From assembly GCF_006345805.1 (NCBI RefSeq), contig NC_042998.1, positions 147,870,001 to 147,934,000 on the forward strand: 64,000 nucleotides of DNA, in the 5' to 3' direction. The DNA comes from Octopus sinensis. Lineage: Eukaryota. The stretch's first letter is position 1. Each line of letters begins with the position of its first letter. The notes beneath the pieces were generated by a model. It had not been told where the DNA came from, did no database searches, and worked only from the letters and a program-made list of their open reading frames with translations. Positions 14,150-28,589 of the stretch are shown here, one piece after another. A program made the translations under genes and the position numbers.

Positions 14150-14960
14150 AAGAGGACACTTTAGTCTTCTCTCATAAAGGACATAGCAACCTTTATTGCT
14201 GGTAATATGTTAAAATGCATCTAGTACACCTTGGAAAGTGGTTGATGACATGAAGGGTACTCAGCCATAGAAAGCAAGCCCAAAATGAAATGTATGAGCA
14301 CCAGCTTCAAAATATCCAGAGGTTTCCCTTGAAGTAGCTTCTATTACCTAGGTGTAGAGAATGTGTGGAAGGCTGATGAGAAATGAGATATGCTCTGGTG
14401 GGTATGTAATGTGAGTGTACATGAACAACAGACCACAAATGAGCTGAGAGCAAATTTGAATATAAGAGGAATCAGACATAATGCACAAAAGAGGTGACTG
14501 CACCAGTACTGTGCCAATCAAAAAGAAGGAACATGGAATTGCATGTATATCTAACCGGCCATACACCCATATCTGGATTGAAGCATAGATGTAAGCATTT
14601 TGTATATGTTAGTGCTAGTATATAAATGTATCTCCTTTTCCCTCCTCTCTCTCCATATGTGTGTGCACAATATTTGTTAATGTGCATTTTTTTTTGTGTG
14701 AGAGGGTGTATGCAGGCTCAATAGTTAGTAGGTACTCTTTTGTTCTAACAGTTAAGTGGTCAGTGAATGTGTTGTATGGGCTTGAGAGGACCATTTAGTC
14801 TTGTCTCATCAAGGAAATGTCAGCCTCTATTGTTAGTGACATAAAATGCATCAGTTCACTTTGGAAAATGATTGGTGATTGGAAAGGCATTCAGTACAAC
14901 TTTTTTGGTTAGGTTTTTAATAGAAGCCAAGTCAAAAATGAAATGTGTGAGCACCAGCCT
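14150..14960 (+). repeat. Two diverged copies of an RTE-related SINE segment (~14150-14310, ~14786-14960) with an RTE fragment between
   Basis: aggac..tttagtctt.tctcat.aagga ... aaaatgaaatgt.tgagcaccagc shared by both copies. Confidence 0.6.
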
Positions 14961-17326
14961 GGGAGGGCAATAGCTACCAATAAGGACTTGGGCTATGATG
15001 ATTCATCCAACCCATACCAGTATGGAAAGTGGATATAAAAATGCTGGTGGTTTTTCCTGGCTGCTGCACCTCTTCATTATTAGATTTTTATGTTTAGTTT
15101 GGAACAATAGCATTTCTAAATCTATTAGTCCATTAATACTTTGAGACTTTCTCAAAGGAAGTGATAGATATTACACTATGCCACCACTGTGTACTCTCCA
15201 TTGCTTAGCCAGGCAATGGAATCTATCAATGGAATTAGTGATTTTGATTTAGGTTTTTCTTTATGTGTACCCAGCTGTCTTGTTTCTATAGTAGATGCTA
15301 GTATTGTGTAGAATTGTCTTTATGGAGGTCTGTTTGGCTTCCATTTTTATTGTCATCATTAATGTTCTTGTTCCTGTCATCATTGCTTTCAGCTCAAATC
15401 ACCATAATATTTGTCTTTCTATTGTTAATTTGAAAATGGATATTAGAAAAAAAATGGTCTGCTCTCCTAGTCTAGCAAAGAAATCTATAAGCCTCATGCT
15501 CTCTTCATTACTTCTGCTATTACTTCCATCCCTACTTCTCTATCTTGATTTATCTCTTTGAGGCTGTTAAATTTTCTGTTGCAATTAGGACATCTCATCT
15601 GTATCTGCATTTTTTTTATACTCAGACTGTAAAAAAGAAAAAAAAAAATCTCAAAATAAAATGTGATTACTTACAGTTGTAGTGTTCACAAATAAGATTA
15701 ACAGTGTTGAATTTTGTTTTTGTGATGCATGAAGTGTTACTTTGAGTCTCCTTAGTAACAACCTTCTCTACTACATGGAGAGGTATGACTGTTTTGAGTG
15801 ACAGTGATGGTGGCTTGTCTGTTAATTTGGGCATTTTGAAGAAACAAATGTAGAAAGAACATCTTGTTCTAATGTAAAAACATCATAAATTACATAAATA
15901 GCTATGATGTGTAAATTTAGTCAAAAATCAAGAAAAATGTAAGACATTCTATAAAAGGAAAAAGAAAAAAAATTCCTAAATACACTAATGGAGAGGATAT
16001 TGTAGAGCTGAGGGTCTGAAATTATGGCAAAACAACTTTGAGAGAAGTTCAAATCAAAGCATTTTAGCTGGGAGTAAAACAGAGATTTATATATTTATGA
16101 ATGCAGTAATATGTTTTCAGTATAATTAAAGAATTGATTTAGTTTTTGATGTTGTTGAGTTAAACTATTTTTAGATTCCCAGATGAGAGTATGCCAATAT
16201 CAATAAGCTATTAATATGTTTGAAGCTTTTATTCCTCATTTGTTTGATTTGGTTGAATAAATTTTAATAATTAGTTTTAGGCTAGAAAATAGAGGTAGAA
16301 ATGATTACTTTTTTTCCTTTCAGATTTAAAAAAAAAATTTCAATGTATTTGGATAGGGCAGCTTAGATGTCTTCTAAATAAATATTAGATGATAAAAAAA
16401 TTTGTTGCGTATAAATGTCTAATACCTCAGGCTTTGCAAGATGTTGTTAAGAGTTGGATATTCATGTCCTTTCTGTAATAAATTACACCTTGGGAATGAT
16501 GATACATTAAATTTTTCTAGGGATTCAGCAATAATATTTAAAGTTATAATTATTAATGTAAATATATGTCTATTATTTGAACTTAATTATTTTTCCAATT
16601 TTAATAATGTAATTTTTTAACAACAGAATTTTTGGATATTCCCTTTATAGGCACCACCAATTATCTTAAAATGCTGATTATGGATATTAGTGTTCTTTAA
16701 TATTCTTTAGTAATTCATGTTAATTGATTGATTGGTGGAAATTGTCATAGGACAGGTATTTTTCCTTTGTCTTCTTGTTAACTTTGATGACAAAATCTCT
16801 GACATGTATGAAAACATTTTTATTGGATGATAATCGTTCTTCAGACTAACTCAAAAATAAATACTGATGCCTTATATATTTGAAGAAGATTCTCTATAAT
16901 TTTCACTATTCTAGCATTAGCATCATTATTAAAGGTCATTGTATTTTTTCTGAATTTATTTGTGGTTGTAAAATTTAGATTATGGAAAAAAGTTACTAAA
17001 CAGCTCAAGGTTCCATGTTGTTATTAAAATGCATTTTTCTTGTGTAGAAAAAATAATTTTAGCTGTAAATAAATACATTAAAAACTTGAATTTAGAAATG
17101 AAAGAATTCTTGTATTATTTTATAAAAGAAAATAAACTGGGTATAAATGATTAATTATAATTTAATGTCCTAATTTATTCCTTGTAAATGATTATTTCTT
17201 CTCATGTTTGGATGGGCTGACTAGAGCATGAAATTTAAGCATGTTCTTGTAGATGTTATGCAGCTGGTTCACTTAATAGGACCAATTTTGATAATTATTC
17301 CAAGGTATCCACAAGTTTATATATAG

Positions 17327-17600
17327 GTGCAGGTGTGGCTATGTGGTTAAGAAGATTGCTTCTGAACCATGTGGTTTTCACTTCAGTCCATCTGTGCAAC
17401 ACTGGGCAAGTGTCTTCTATTATAATCCAAGGCTGACCAAAGCCTTAGAATGTATCTGGTAGATAAAAACTGAAAGAAGCTTGTTATATATAATGTGGAT
17501 GCGTGTGTGTGCATGTTTGCATGTATTCTTGCCTAGACATTCTATGATAGTTGTAAATGACCCTCATCATCATACAAGTGAGTTTATTTCCAGTCTTATG
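17327..17600 (+). mobile_element. tRNA-derived SINE (octopus-type)
   Basis: A-box-like gtggctatgtggttaag, gggcaagtgtcttcta body; same family as 50978-51345. Confidence 0.75.
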
Positions 17601-17966
17601 TGAGCATGACTGCTCACCCATGTATGTTCCTGCATGACCTTGCCTTTTGCCACACATCTATTTTCCTCCTGCAAGATAGCTGGGCTTTGTAAGACTTGGT
17701 TGTTTTTAATGGCAATGTGTTCTTACAGAACTGTCTTCTCAACAGTTATCAATTCATGGAGGTTTATGGACAAAACAACACTCACATATATTTTGGTTTT
17801 CTTTTAACAATTAATAGTGATAGGTAAGCTTCATTGCTAATTAGTACACCCAAAAGTTGGCTACAGTAAGGCATATATGCACACCCATAGTTTATGATAA
17901 ATGCGGAATAAATATACACTGATATTGTTATATTATATTGGTTTACTGAATTTTTTTTTTCTTACA

Positions 17967-19707
17967 ATGCTTCCAAAGAAGAAAATGGGATATGACGAAT
18001 CTTATTTGCAATTTAGTTTTACTGTGATGAAGGTTGGCGGAGAAGAGAAACTACAGTGTGTTTTGTTCTCTGAGGCTTTAGCATCTACTTCCCTAAAGTC
18101 CAGCGAGTTAAAGAGGCACGTCAGTTCAATAAATAGAGATGTCGACCTTTCCAGATGTGAAGACAACAGATTGACAAGATCCAGACTTGATTACACAGGA
18201 ATGCTTTTGTTGGACATTATGGCTGGTTTGAAAGCATCCTACGAGGTTTCAAGGAAAATAGCTGTTGCCAAAAAGCTCCACAATATTGGTGAAGAGTTGA
18301 TATTGCCTTGCTGCAAAGAAGTCATATCAAATGTGCTGGGAAGTTCTGAAATTCAGAAGCTGAAGCATGTCTCTCTCTCAAATGATACTGTTAGGTAAAT
18401 AACTGAGCTGTCTGATAACATTCTGTCGCAGGTGGTCTCGAAGATTCACAGTTCGCTTTGTAACTTTTTTGTGGTCCAGCTTGATGAAATGACGGATGTT
18501 GCCAACTTAGCCCAACTTTGTGCTTATGTACGTTATAGAAGATGAATTCTTGTTTTGTGAAACCCTCAGCACCAAAACAACTACAAGGGAAATATTAAAC
18601 AAAGTGGATAAATTTTTTGAGGCACATGATATCAACTGGAAGCATGTCATTGGCGTGTGCATCAACAAAGCTCTGGCGATTCTTGATCGCTGTTCAGGTT
18701 TTCAGACTTTGGTGAAAGAAAAGTCCCCAGGTGCTATTGGTTTGCATTGTATAATTCGACAAGCACTAATGGTGAAAACCATGCCTGATGAGTTAAAAAA
18801 ATGTTCTTAATTATGTGATTACAATAGTGAACTTTATCAAAGCAAATGCACTCAGCTCCTGTCTGTTTGCTGAGTTGTGCAAAGAAAATGATTCTGAATT
18901 CAAAATGCTTCTGTTGCACTCAAAAGTGAGATGGCTTTTCAGAGGAAAAACAATAAAGAGGGTCTTCCTTCTATGAAATGAAGTCCATGATTATTTACAA
19001 GATGCCAAGCCAGATTTGCACACCAAGTCCTCTGACATTCGTTTTCTTATCTGCTTGGCATTTTTTGGTGGACATATTCAAGTCAGTGAATGCTGTTAGT
19101 ATTTCACTACAAAGGAAAGATATAACCATGTTTTATTCTCATGAAAAACTAACTGCTTTCAAAATGAAGCTTGAACTTTGGCACCAAAAGTTGAATAGAA
19201 AAAAATTTTGCATCATTTACTCAACATGTTTATTGATGAAAACAAGCTTCAAGTTGATGACTATATTATTGAACTCCTGAAAAAAACATGTGTCAATACT
19301 TGGCAGAGAAATATCTCTTTATTTTCTTGATCTACATGACTTTGACAACCATTGCCGCTTAATCAGGAACTCCTTTGTACTCTGTTAGCGATCTGCCAAC
19401 AGAAGACAATTTGATACAAGAGCAGTTCATTGATTTGGTCAATGATGGAGGTGCAAAATTTTTTTCTCATGAAATGTGCTGTTCTGAGTTTTGGATTGAA
19501 ATGGCATGGTCATATCCTGATGTTGCAAAGATGGCTCTTAAAGTATTGATGCCATTTCCAACCACCTATGAGTGTGAGACTGTGTTTTCCATTCTCCTTG
19601 CCACAAAATCAACTGGCTGTGACACCAGAAATATGGGTTGCCTCTCCAAAACAGAGCCAAACATAGAAAAGTCGGTTGCTGCAAAGCAGGTATACACATC
19701 ACACTGA
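17967..19707 (+). pseudogene. hAT (Buster/ZBED5-SCAND3-like) transposase relic
   Basis: YDESYLQFSF..QCV..LKRH (BED finger), SLSNDTVR, QLDEMTDVANLAQL, HCII, FWIEM..YPDVAKMALKVLMPFPTTYECETVFS, ends YTSH*; many stops and frameshifts; possible right TIR ctcgaaaaccactg ending 20052. Confidence 0.9.
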
Positions 19708-20110
19708 ACTTTGCTGTAAATAAAATGACAGACGGTTTGCTTTTGTGAGTAAATAATTATATAATTCTTTTATGTTATGTATCAGGGATTCGGGAAAAGG
19801 GATGGCAGACCTTCAGAGGAGAAGATGGTATTTCTAATAAAATTGTGTGTTTTCTGTGCATACTAATGGTCCAATTGACAGAAATTTCTGTACATTTTGG
19901 ATGCTATAACAATTCTTCTGCTGAAAATAACTAAACTGATTGAAATGCACTTCTTGGATAATCAGTATAAGGAATGACCTGCCAATGGGGAAGAGTAGCA
20001 TCTCAAAACATGGTGAAAGGGGAAAGTGATGCCAAAAGCTCGAAAACCACTGTAATTTTTGGTGTAAATCTATGGTTTCTTGCTGCCAAATGGGTATAAA
20101 TGGGTCTTAA

Positions 20111-21373
20111 CCCTTTCGTTACTATATTTCTGACCAAAATACACCCCTCATGAGTTTCAATTAAATTCTAAAATAATCATGAATTTAGGCTTGTTTCATT
20201 AAATAACTGTAACTTTTTTACTTATCAACATTTTAATGTGATATTTGGAACATAATTAAAGGAAGGGTTCTTAATCAATTCTATTGCATAACTTTTGACT
20301 CAAAGTGACTTTAATTACAGGTAAATCCAGGTAAATTGAGCAAAAGGTAAAAATATTAAAATTTTAAATTGAGCAAAAGGTAAAAAATAAAAATTTTGTT
20401 TAAACATCACTATAGAAAATGAATCATCAGCTAATATTCAAATGGGTATGCAACAAAATTTTGATAAAGAAGAATTGTGCACATCAGTTGAATTTAATGC
20501 ACAACAGGTGTACCATAAAGGTGGAATAAACTGAAATATTGGAATCCACCGTAAGTTTGACCGAACTAAAGAAATCGGTCAAAAAATAATATACGGCCCT
20601 GGTTATGGTATGGAAGTGATAAATTCCAGACCACATCGTTCCCTAGGCCATGCTGACTAATATTATTTTCCCTGTATAAAAACTAAATCCACGCAGTACC
20701 CAGTAATTTGCTTCACAAATTTCCCAAACTTTGAACCCCGATTTTGGGTTTGTTTACAATCTGCGTAAGTTTGTTTCCACATTGATCGCTTCAAACTAGC
20801 ATACTGAAAAAAATAAAAGTCTAATGGTTTCACTTCCTAAGAAAGGCTATAGATAAACTTTATCTCCTCAGAAAAATTGCTAATAAAAACATTTAAAAAG
20901 TTTTTTTACTTCATTCCGATGTAAAATCGTCTTCGCTGTCGCCTTCGCCGCTTTGTTTCTTCGGAAGGCGCTGCTTTCATTTTCGGATAAAAAAATATTC
21001 ATTATTTTGTACACCACGTGCTTTAGTACCTATTTCATTCTTTTTCTCGATATCTCCCTATTTTCCGTTGACAAAGCTTTAAATTCGGAATCAATGCTTG
21101 ATAACATGAAACTCCTATCCATTTTCAAAGTAAAAAATGTGGAAAAAAATCTCCCAAAATTCACTGAGTTGAGATATCACTTCAAGCAATGTCGGATACT
21201 ATAACTTAACTATTTACAATGTGAAATCACATGCTTTAACGAATGTACCAACGAGATTTGGGTTCAAATTTACATTTAAATAACAATGGGTTCTAACGGC
21301 CGGGTATGGCCGGGTTGGTACTTTGAACCAAAAAATTGTTCGGCCGGCTACGGCCGGGTTAGTAACGAAAGGG
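20111..21373 (-). mobile_element. Internally deleted piggyBac element (1263 bp)
   Basis: TTAA on both flanks; perfect 14-bp TIR ccctttcgttacta/tagtaacgaaaggg; subterminal ggccgggt repeats; minus-strand transposase remnants GFKVWEICEA..FYTGK and HGLGNDVVWNLSLPYHNQGRILFFDRF at ~20555-20740. Confidence 0.95.
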
Positions 21374-21516
21374 TTAAGCAGCTGTTAATACAGGATGCTC
21401 AAGATATTTTGGACTATTTCCATTTCTCATTTGCTTTCTAACCAATTGATCAACTGGTTTCCTATGTTTTCATATGTATGTATTGTACCCCACTGGAGTA
21501 TAGCATGGATTAAGTT

Positions 21517-22699
21517 GTGAAAATCAAATCAAATCAAAACAAATCAAAATAGATGAACATCAATGGAATTTGTATCTTTGTGGTACCAGTGCCGGTGGCA
21601 CACAAGAAAACCATCCGAACGTGGCGGTAGCCAGTACCGCATCGACTGGCCTCCGTGCTGTGGGCACGTAACAAACACCATCCGATCGTGGCCGTTTGCC
21701 AGCCTCATCTGGCACCTGTGTTGTTGGCACATAAAAACACCATCCGAAGACCCGGCAAGACTAGTCAGGCCATAACCCGTGGCCCCTACCTGGGACGTAG
21801 TCAGTTCACCTGTGCATACCTTCCTTCTTGTGACACTTGTGAAGACCTTTTGAGGCAAGTGAAAATCAAAACAAATCAAAATAGATGAACATCAATGGAA
21901 TTTGTATCTTTGTGATACCAGTGCCGGTGGCACACAAGAAAACCATCCGAACGTGGTGGTAGCCAGTACCGCATCGACTGGCCTCCGTGCTGTGGGCACA
22001 TAACAAACACCATCCGATCGTGGCCGTTCGCCAGCCTCATCTGGCACCTGTGTCGGTGGCACATAAAAACACCATCCGAAGACCCGGCAAGACTAGCCTC
22101 ATCTGGCACCTGTGTCGGTGGCACATAAAAACACCATCCGAAGACCCGGCAAGACTAGTCAGGCCATAACCCGTGGCCCCTACCTGGGACGTAGTCAGTC
22201 CACCTGTGCATACCTTCCTTCCTTCTTGTGACACTTGTGAAGACCTGTTGAGGCAAGTGAAAATCAAATCAAAACAAATCAAAATAGATGAACATCAATG
22301 GAATTTGTATCTTTGTGGTGCCGGTGGCACACAAGAAAACCATCCAAACGTGGCGGTAGCCAGTACCGCATTGACTGGCCGTGCTATGGGCAAGTAACAA
22401 ACACCATCCGATCGTGGCCGTTTGCCAGCCTCATCTGGCACCTGTGTCGGTGGCACATAAAAAACACCATCCGAGCGTGGCCGTTCGCCAGCCTCGTCTG
22501 GCACCTGTGTCGGTGGCACATAAAATCACCCACTACACTCTCGGAGTGGTTGGCGTTAGGAAGGGCATCCAGCTGTAGAAACACTGCCAGATCTGACTGG
22601 CCTGGTGCAGCCTTCGGGCTCCCCAGACCCCAGTTGAACCGTCCAACCCATGCTAGCATGGAAAACGGACGCTAAATGAATGATGATGATGATGATGAT
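21517..22699 (+). mobile_element. Trimeric SINE-like retroelement with nested tandem repeats and RTE-type (TGA)n tail
   Basis: Units start gtgaaaatcaaa at 21517, 21859, 22257; internal ~55-60 bp subrepeats; ends ggttggcgttaggaagggcatccagc...catgctagcatggaaaacggacg...(tga)n. Confidence 0.85.
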
Positions 22700-23915
22700 T
22701 TTATAGGGGACCATGAATCATGGAAAAAACTGTAAGGGGACCGGCATGTAACATTTTTTGAAAAGTTTGATAACTGCTGCTCTAAGAGAAGTGTTTGAAA
22801 CAGAAATAGTAATGTTTTCTGATTTCCATTTTATATATGAAAGGTAATTTTAAGAAAGTGATAAATTCAGAAAATCATATGAAAGCATTTAAAATATGGT
22901 TATTATTTAGGAATTTATTATTTCCATTTTTGTTAAACAATTCCACAATCTCTTTGTAAAGCTTAAAATTTCTATACTGCTGTTAGACCTCACTTGTATG
23001 GTTTACTTTTTTTTGTCCTGTTATAAATCAGATTTAGGAGTTTTGAGCAGTTTTTATATCTGAATGTTCTTTGCTCTTTTAGCCAGGAATAGCATTGTCA
23101 TACAGATTTTATAAATTTAACTGAAACTTCTGAGAATGCTGGAATTGATAGTCAGGCTAAAGTTGAAGCATACTTTTCATGTTCATTGAACAATAATATC
23201 ATATGCACTCATTATGTATTAAAAATTCTGATTACATCTTCAGTGTTTGTTTATTTAGATATCCTGATCTGTTACTAAACTACTTCAGAAATAGGAGATA
23301 AGAAATTATTTTGAATTGAAAATTGTAATTGGTATTTAAACATGGATGGAAGGATAACGAGGGTTCTTTAAATAGAAATTCAACATATGTATTTATATAA
23401 CACAGGTGAATGAAAGCTGATAAAGAAAGAAATGTGTATAAATATGTTTAGTATTATTATACTAATTTCGAGAAGAATGTCTCATTATGTAATGTGTTAG
23501 TTGAAGTTTATATGAGCTCTGATGATTTGGAATTTGATTGAGAGACTTCAGTGTGGCATGGTTAGGTAATTAGTGGTTTCTGGTGTAATTAATCTCATGC
23601 TAGCTTGAAAATATAAAATTAAGAATGACATCTGATTGAGCTTAGTTCATATTTGTGATGAAATTGAAACAAAAATTAATACTTTACTTCATATTGAGAG
23701 CTGTGATTTTTCAGAATGTTTAATTTTTAATATTTCAGTCCTTCTAGGCAAGCAAGTGTCAGCAACACTGAAGTTAGCAATATAACTTACTTTCTGAGTT
23801 CAAATACTGCTGAAGCCAACTTCACATCCTAGGTTGATTTTTATCACTTGTGCCCAGCCCAAATTTATAGTCCTTGTAACTTTATTAGAAATCAATAGTT
23901 CAATCCTACAAGCTT

Positions 23916-24045
23916 TTGGCTGTGTGGTTAAAAAGTTTACCCTGTAAACCATGTGGTTCTGGGTTTGATCCCTTGACAAGTGTCTTCTATCTTAATTTTG
24001 GATTGAATCAAGTCTTGAGTGTGGAAAATTGGTAGAAATACTTGC
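23916..24045 (+). mobile_element. tRNA-derived SINE 5' fragment
   Basis: tggctgtgtggttaa A-box, gggtttgatccc B-box, caagtgtcttcta. Confidence 0.65.
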
Positions 24046-25534
24046 AAAATATTGGGTTTGATGTAATAGTTAACTAAAACCCATTGATGGTATCTCCAAA
24101 CTTGGCTGTAGTTCACTAATTGAAACCAGTAAAAGAATAAAAGAAAATATATTTCTGGCTTAAACATGGATTTTTGGTAAACATTTTAACATGAATTTTG
24201 GAGATATGTTGAAGGACATTAATAGATATGAGATGCTAGATTTTATCATGTAGTCTGTTATTATCAGATTTTTAGACCTTTGTTGTAAGTGCACTATTAA
24301 TTGTATTGATAATACAATAATAATTAAGTAGGAAATTATATAATTTTGTGTAATGACTGAGATTTTAGATAATCTAAAGAATTTTTATTTTGTTATACAA
24401 AAAAAAAATCAAAGAAAATTAACCTCATTTGGAATGATTTTCAGTTCAATATTTTAGCAATCATTTAAAAAAACCATTGTATTGTTGGCATAGAAGGGGT
24501 AGCACCTGTGACATCTGCTGGCCTTCACAGACTGTTGAGATTGATGGGGTTGAGATACCTGTAAGTAAAACAGGCAAAGACAATTAGCATGTCAATCATT
24601 TGTTATACTGTGTTGACAAGTGAGTGTTTGTTTTGGATGTGGTCTAAAATATGTGTATGATGCAGCAGCACTGCCCAAATATGTGAGTAGTACTTAATGA
24701 GTTGCACTTGAACATTGTAGAGGGTCAGTATCTAGTAAAAGCTGAAATAGAAACATTTAAACGAATTGACTTCAGTCTTGATATATTTATTAATAGTACT
24801 AATTTAATATCAACTTACTTTGGAATTTGAATTTAGAACACTGAACTACTATAAGGCCTTTGGTTTGGTGGTCTACCTGTTATACACTGAACTTACAATG
24901 TAAGAAAATACTCTTGTTGCAATTATGTTGATAAAATATTTAAATAAACTGACTTGAATTTCAAATAATATTACCCTTATTATATATCTTTTGGTGACTA
25001 CTAAACAACTTTACATTAGAAAACATGTATTAGCTGTTACGATTACAACACTGAGATTAAATGATTTTTGTATCTTAAATTGTGAGTACATAGTTGCCTA
25101 ACATGATGACAAATGTTAAAAAGGCAGGGGAAAAAATAGAAATTCAGCTCTGTCACAATTGATATTTTATCTGATACTTTCATCCCAGTGTTCATACATA
25201 TTAATTATAAGCTTTGTAAATTAAGGTTTTATGTCTTCCCCTGAACAACAATTCTCTTATAATTCAGATTGAAGTGCTATTGGGAGCTGCTGCTTTTACA
25301 AACAGATACACCTGCATATGTATGTGTATGCACACATATTAATAATATGTGTGTGCAGTTGAAATTAAAAATAATCATTGATAATTTGTTAAATTTGGTT
25401 GTTATTGATTTTGTAAATTATTGGTGTATTTTAGGTAAGATAAATGATAACTAGTTAACTTGTTTATTATTGAATTAAAATATTCTTAATTGAAGATGAG
25501 ATATTTTCATAAAGAAGCTAGTTAACTATTAGAT

Positions 25535-25858
25535 CAGGGGTTCTCAAACATTTTGAGCCATCACCCCCTCATGGCCACATAATACCCTCAGCACCCCACC
25601 CCTATTTTTATGTATAAATAAATATTCTATATTTTACTAATTTATATATACTATGAATCATTTGATATTTGATATATTATATAATTTGTATACAATACTA
25701 TAATAATATAAATTCATAGCATCCCCCAATACACTGCCTTCCTCCTAATGCCTCCTTTTTCTTTACACCCCACTGTCCCCTTAAGCACCAGCACACACCT
25801 GAACAGTACCAACGCCCATGGGGTGGTGGGGCAGTAGCGCCTACTTTGAGAACCTATG
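25535..25858. mobile_element. hAT (Buster-type) MITE, 324 bp
   Basis: TIR caggggttctcaaa / tttgagaacctatg (12/14); 8-bp TSD tattagat/tatttgat. Confidence 0.85.
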
Positions 25859-28488
25859 TATTTGATGGAATAAACAGTGACACTGACTTTTGTTTGTCCA
25901 AGAGAAGAAAAATGATTAACAGTTTACAGTTTGGAATACAAAAGATAGCTAAACCTTCTTAAACAACTGTAAGCTATTGGTCAAATGTGCAGATGAAACA
26001 TAGAGAACATCATGTTTGGGAGAATTATTTATAAAAATTAAATGAATGTTTGAAAAGAAAAAAATATACTTCAAAGCAAGTAAGGAGGTGATCGAGTAAT
26101 GTTTCATATCAGATGGACAATAAGTGAAGAGTTGTTTAGAAGTTGAAGGTGAATGATAGAGCAAGTAATAGGGAAAAGAGTATCTGAAATAAAATAGCTG
26201 TACATGTCCTCAATGACATAGAAAATAATTGCAAATGTCATTAGCAGACATTGAACAATGGGCTAGGGTGTGATCAGATGTGCCAGCTGTATGAAAATAG
26301 TAGGTAGTGTATAAAGCAATTAAGTCTATGAAGATAGGAAAAGCTTGTGGATCTTCAGTGAGAGACTTGTTGCTATGATGCTAAAAACATCTGGCTAGTT
26401 TACTGTTACAGTTGTTTTGTCAGATTATTCATAAGGTTATATGATTAACAAGCTCTTTTGCAGTCATATGGTTGCAGGGTTCTGTCTTACTGCATGATTC
26501 TTTGAATAACATAACTTTGCATCATCTCAAACCTTGTTGATGAAATTTGTTTGATGTAGATGGACTGTCTGTTCTTGATTGAAAAACTTAATTAATTCTT
26601 GGTTTAACACACTACCTGGTCCTTGGCCCTGATTAGCCGAATCCTCTCTGCTAACATTGGAATCATGCTTGTATTTTGAAAATAACTTACAAGATATGGT
26701 TTCTTCTTTCCTTTCTCCCACTAACCTTAGGAACTCTGTAAAAAGCAATGGAAACCTGTCTTCTGACTTAAAAAAATTATCTGTGGAGTAACTTTACAGA
26801 GAAAAAAACAGATATGGTAAAAGCAAGGAAATGATACAAGTCTAACTATGAATTGGGTTGAAAATGTCCTTAGCTATTGTAATTCAGCAACAAACAAATT
26901 AGCCTCTCTCTTCAGTTTAGAGAAGGCTGTTATGAATCCACACCATACTATGTTGGCCAAAGTCAAGCAGGAGTGATAGGATCATGATTAGTTGTCAGTT
27001 TAGTGAAGAATCAAATTCTGTTGCTGAGTCTTTCCTCGTTGTTTTTAGTTCCATCTCAAAGGAAGTCATGTACAGCTGAATATTTATAAAGCCTTCTGTA
27101 TGCTGATCCAGAAGACTTTGTAGGTTTTAGTTAACAGTCTGTAAGTTACAGTGATGACGGAAATGAATAACACAAGGAAAGTAACCTTGTTTGGTGTACA
27201 GAAGTGCTCAGTTGTTTATAATTCAGTTCTGATATATTGAGAGAATACTGTATTAGAATAGTCAATAGCATGAACTACTATTAGTTGAAACTATCAACTA
27301 CTTTTATGGCTTCTGGAATTAGATAAAATCTATTTCCATGGTAACACACACTGAGTTGATACTTTTCATAGTATATTAGAGTGTGGTTGTGATATGAAGA
27401 CTAACTATTATCACTACTACAAACAAAGGGCTTTTACTCTTAGAAAGCTTAGCTGCCACTTGCAAGTGAATATGATCTGCTATCTTGTATCATGGTTTTG
27501 CTAATTGTTTTAGGTGTGTATGTGGTCACAAGCAGAGATGGACAGCCTCTTTGCCTCTCACTGTAGATCCAACAGAATATTGAAGATGTGCTGGCTGTAC
27601 GGTGAGTGGGTTGCATGCACTAGCAGTCATTTCAGTATCTTGGAGAAATGTGAAATGATTTATCTTGCTCAAGGACAAAATGCACTGCCTGATCCAAGAA
27701 TCACCCCCAGGATCATGAACTTAACACACTAATTACTCAGACACATGCCTTCACTACATATTCTCTTAGTATTTTTTCTTCATATATGGCTGGATGCTCT
27801 TCCTATTGCCAATTACTTTACAGAATGTAATTGGGTGCATTTTGCTGTGGTACCAACATGAGAGGTTGAATAGTCCTTAGTGAGACCAGAATCACTTTAT
27901 AGTGCTTTTGTGTCATCAGCACTTGAAGTTGTCACACCAATCACCTATAGAGGGAGTGCAGCCGTGGAACTGTCACAAGAAGCATGTACCTTATACATAG
28001 TAAATGTAGAAAGTGCTTCCAACTCTAAAGTGTTTAGAATGAAGAGTGAGTGAGAGGAGGGAGTATGATGACAGCAGAAAGGCCAGAAATGGGTGACTGA
28101 GAGGGTAGATGTAGAGAGAGTACTCATTAACCTAAGGCATATACATTTGCTTATATGACTGAAGAGTGGAATAGGAGAGAGAGATCAGAAGGACCAGAAT
28201 GGGTGGGTAAGTAGAAAGAACAAGTGGAAGAACAAGAGATGGGAAAAGGGTAGGGTTATTGGAATTAGGAGGTGGAGTCGGGTGGGGAGTGAGTGATTGG
28301 CAATAGCAGAGTTGAAAAAAAGTAAATCAATAGATAAAATATGGAAAGTAAAATTGTAACAGTTGCATAATTCTGTGTGTACTCTGTCCAGCTGTTGCAT
28401 CATTCATATCTCCTGCTTATGCAGTTCTCTTATTTTATTTGAACTGATTTGTGTAAGTTCTAAATATATAACATATGTGATAGTGAAA

Positions 28489-28589
<101 letters not shown>

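Noticed and set aside
17967-19707. Domesticated ZBED5/SCAND3-like host gene
   Set aside because: Multiple stops and frameshifts, so a decayed transposase; I also could not confirm a left TIR or TSD
21517-22699. Repeat-spacer appearance suggestive of a CRISPR array
   Set aside because: Intervening sequences are themselves repeated, there are no cas genes, the context is eukaryotic, and it ends in a SINE tail
21450-22780. hAT MITE split by the SINE multimer
   Set aside because: Right end resembles a hAT TIR, but the left end is too degenerate and no TSD is found
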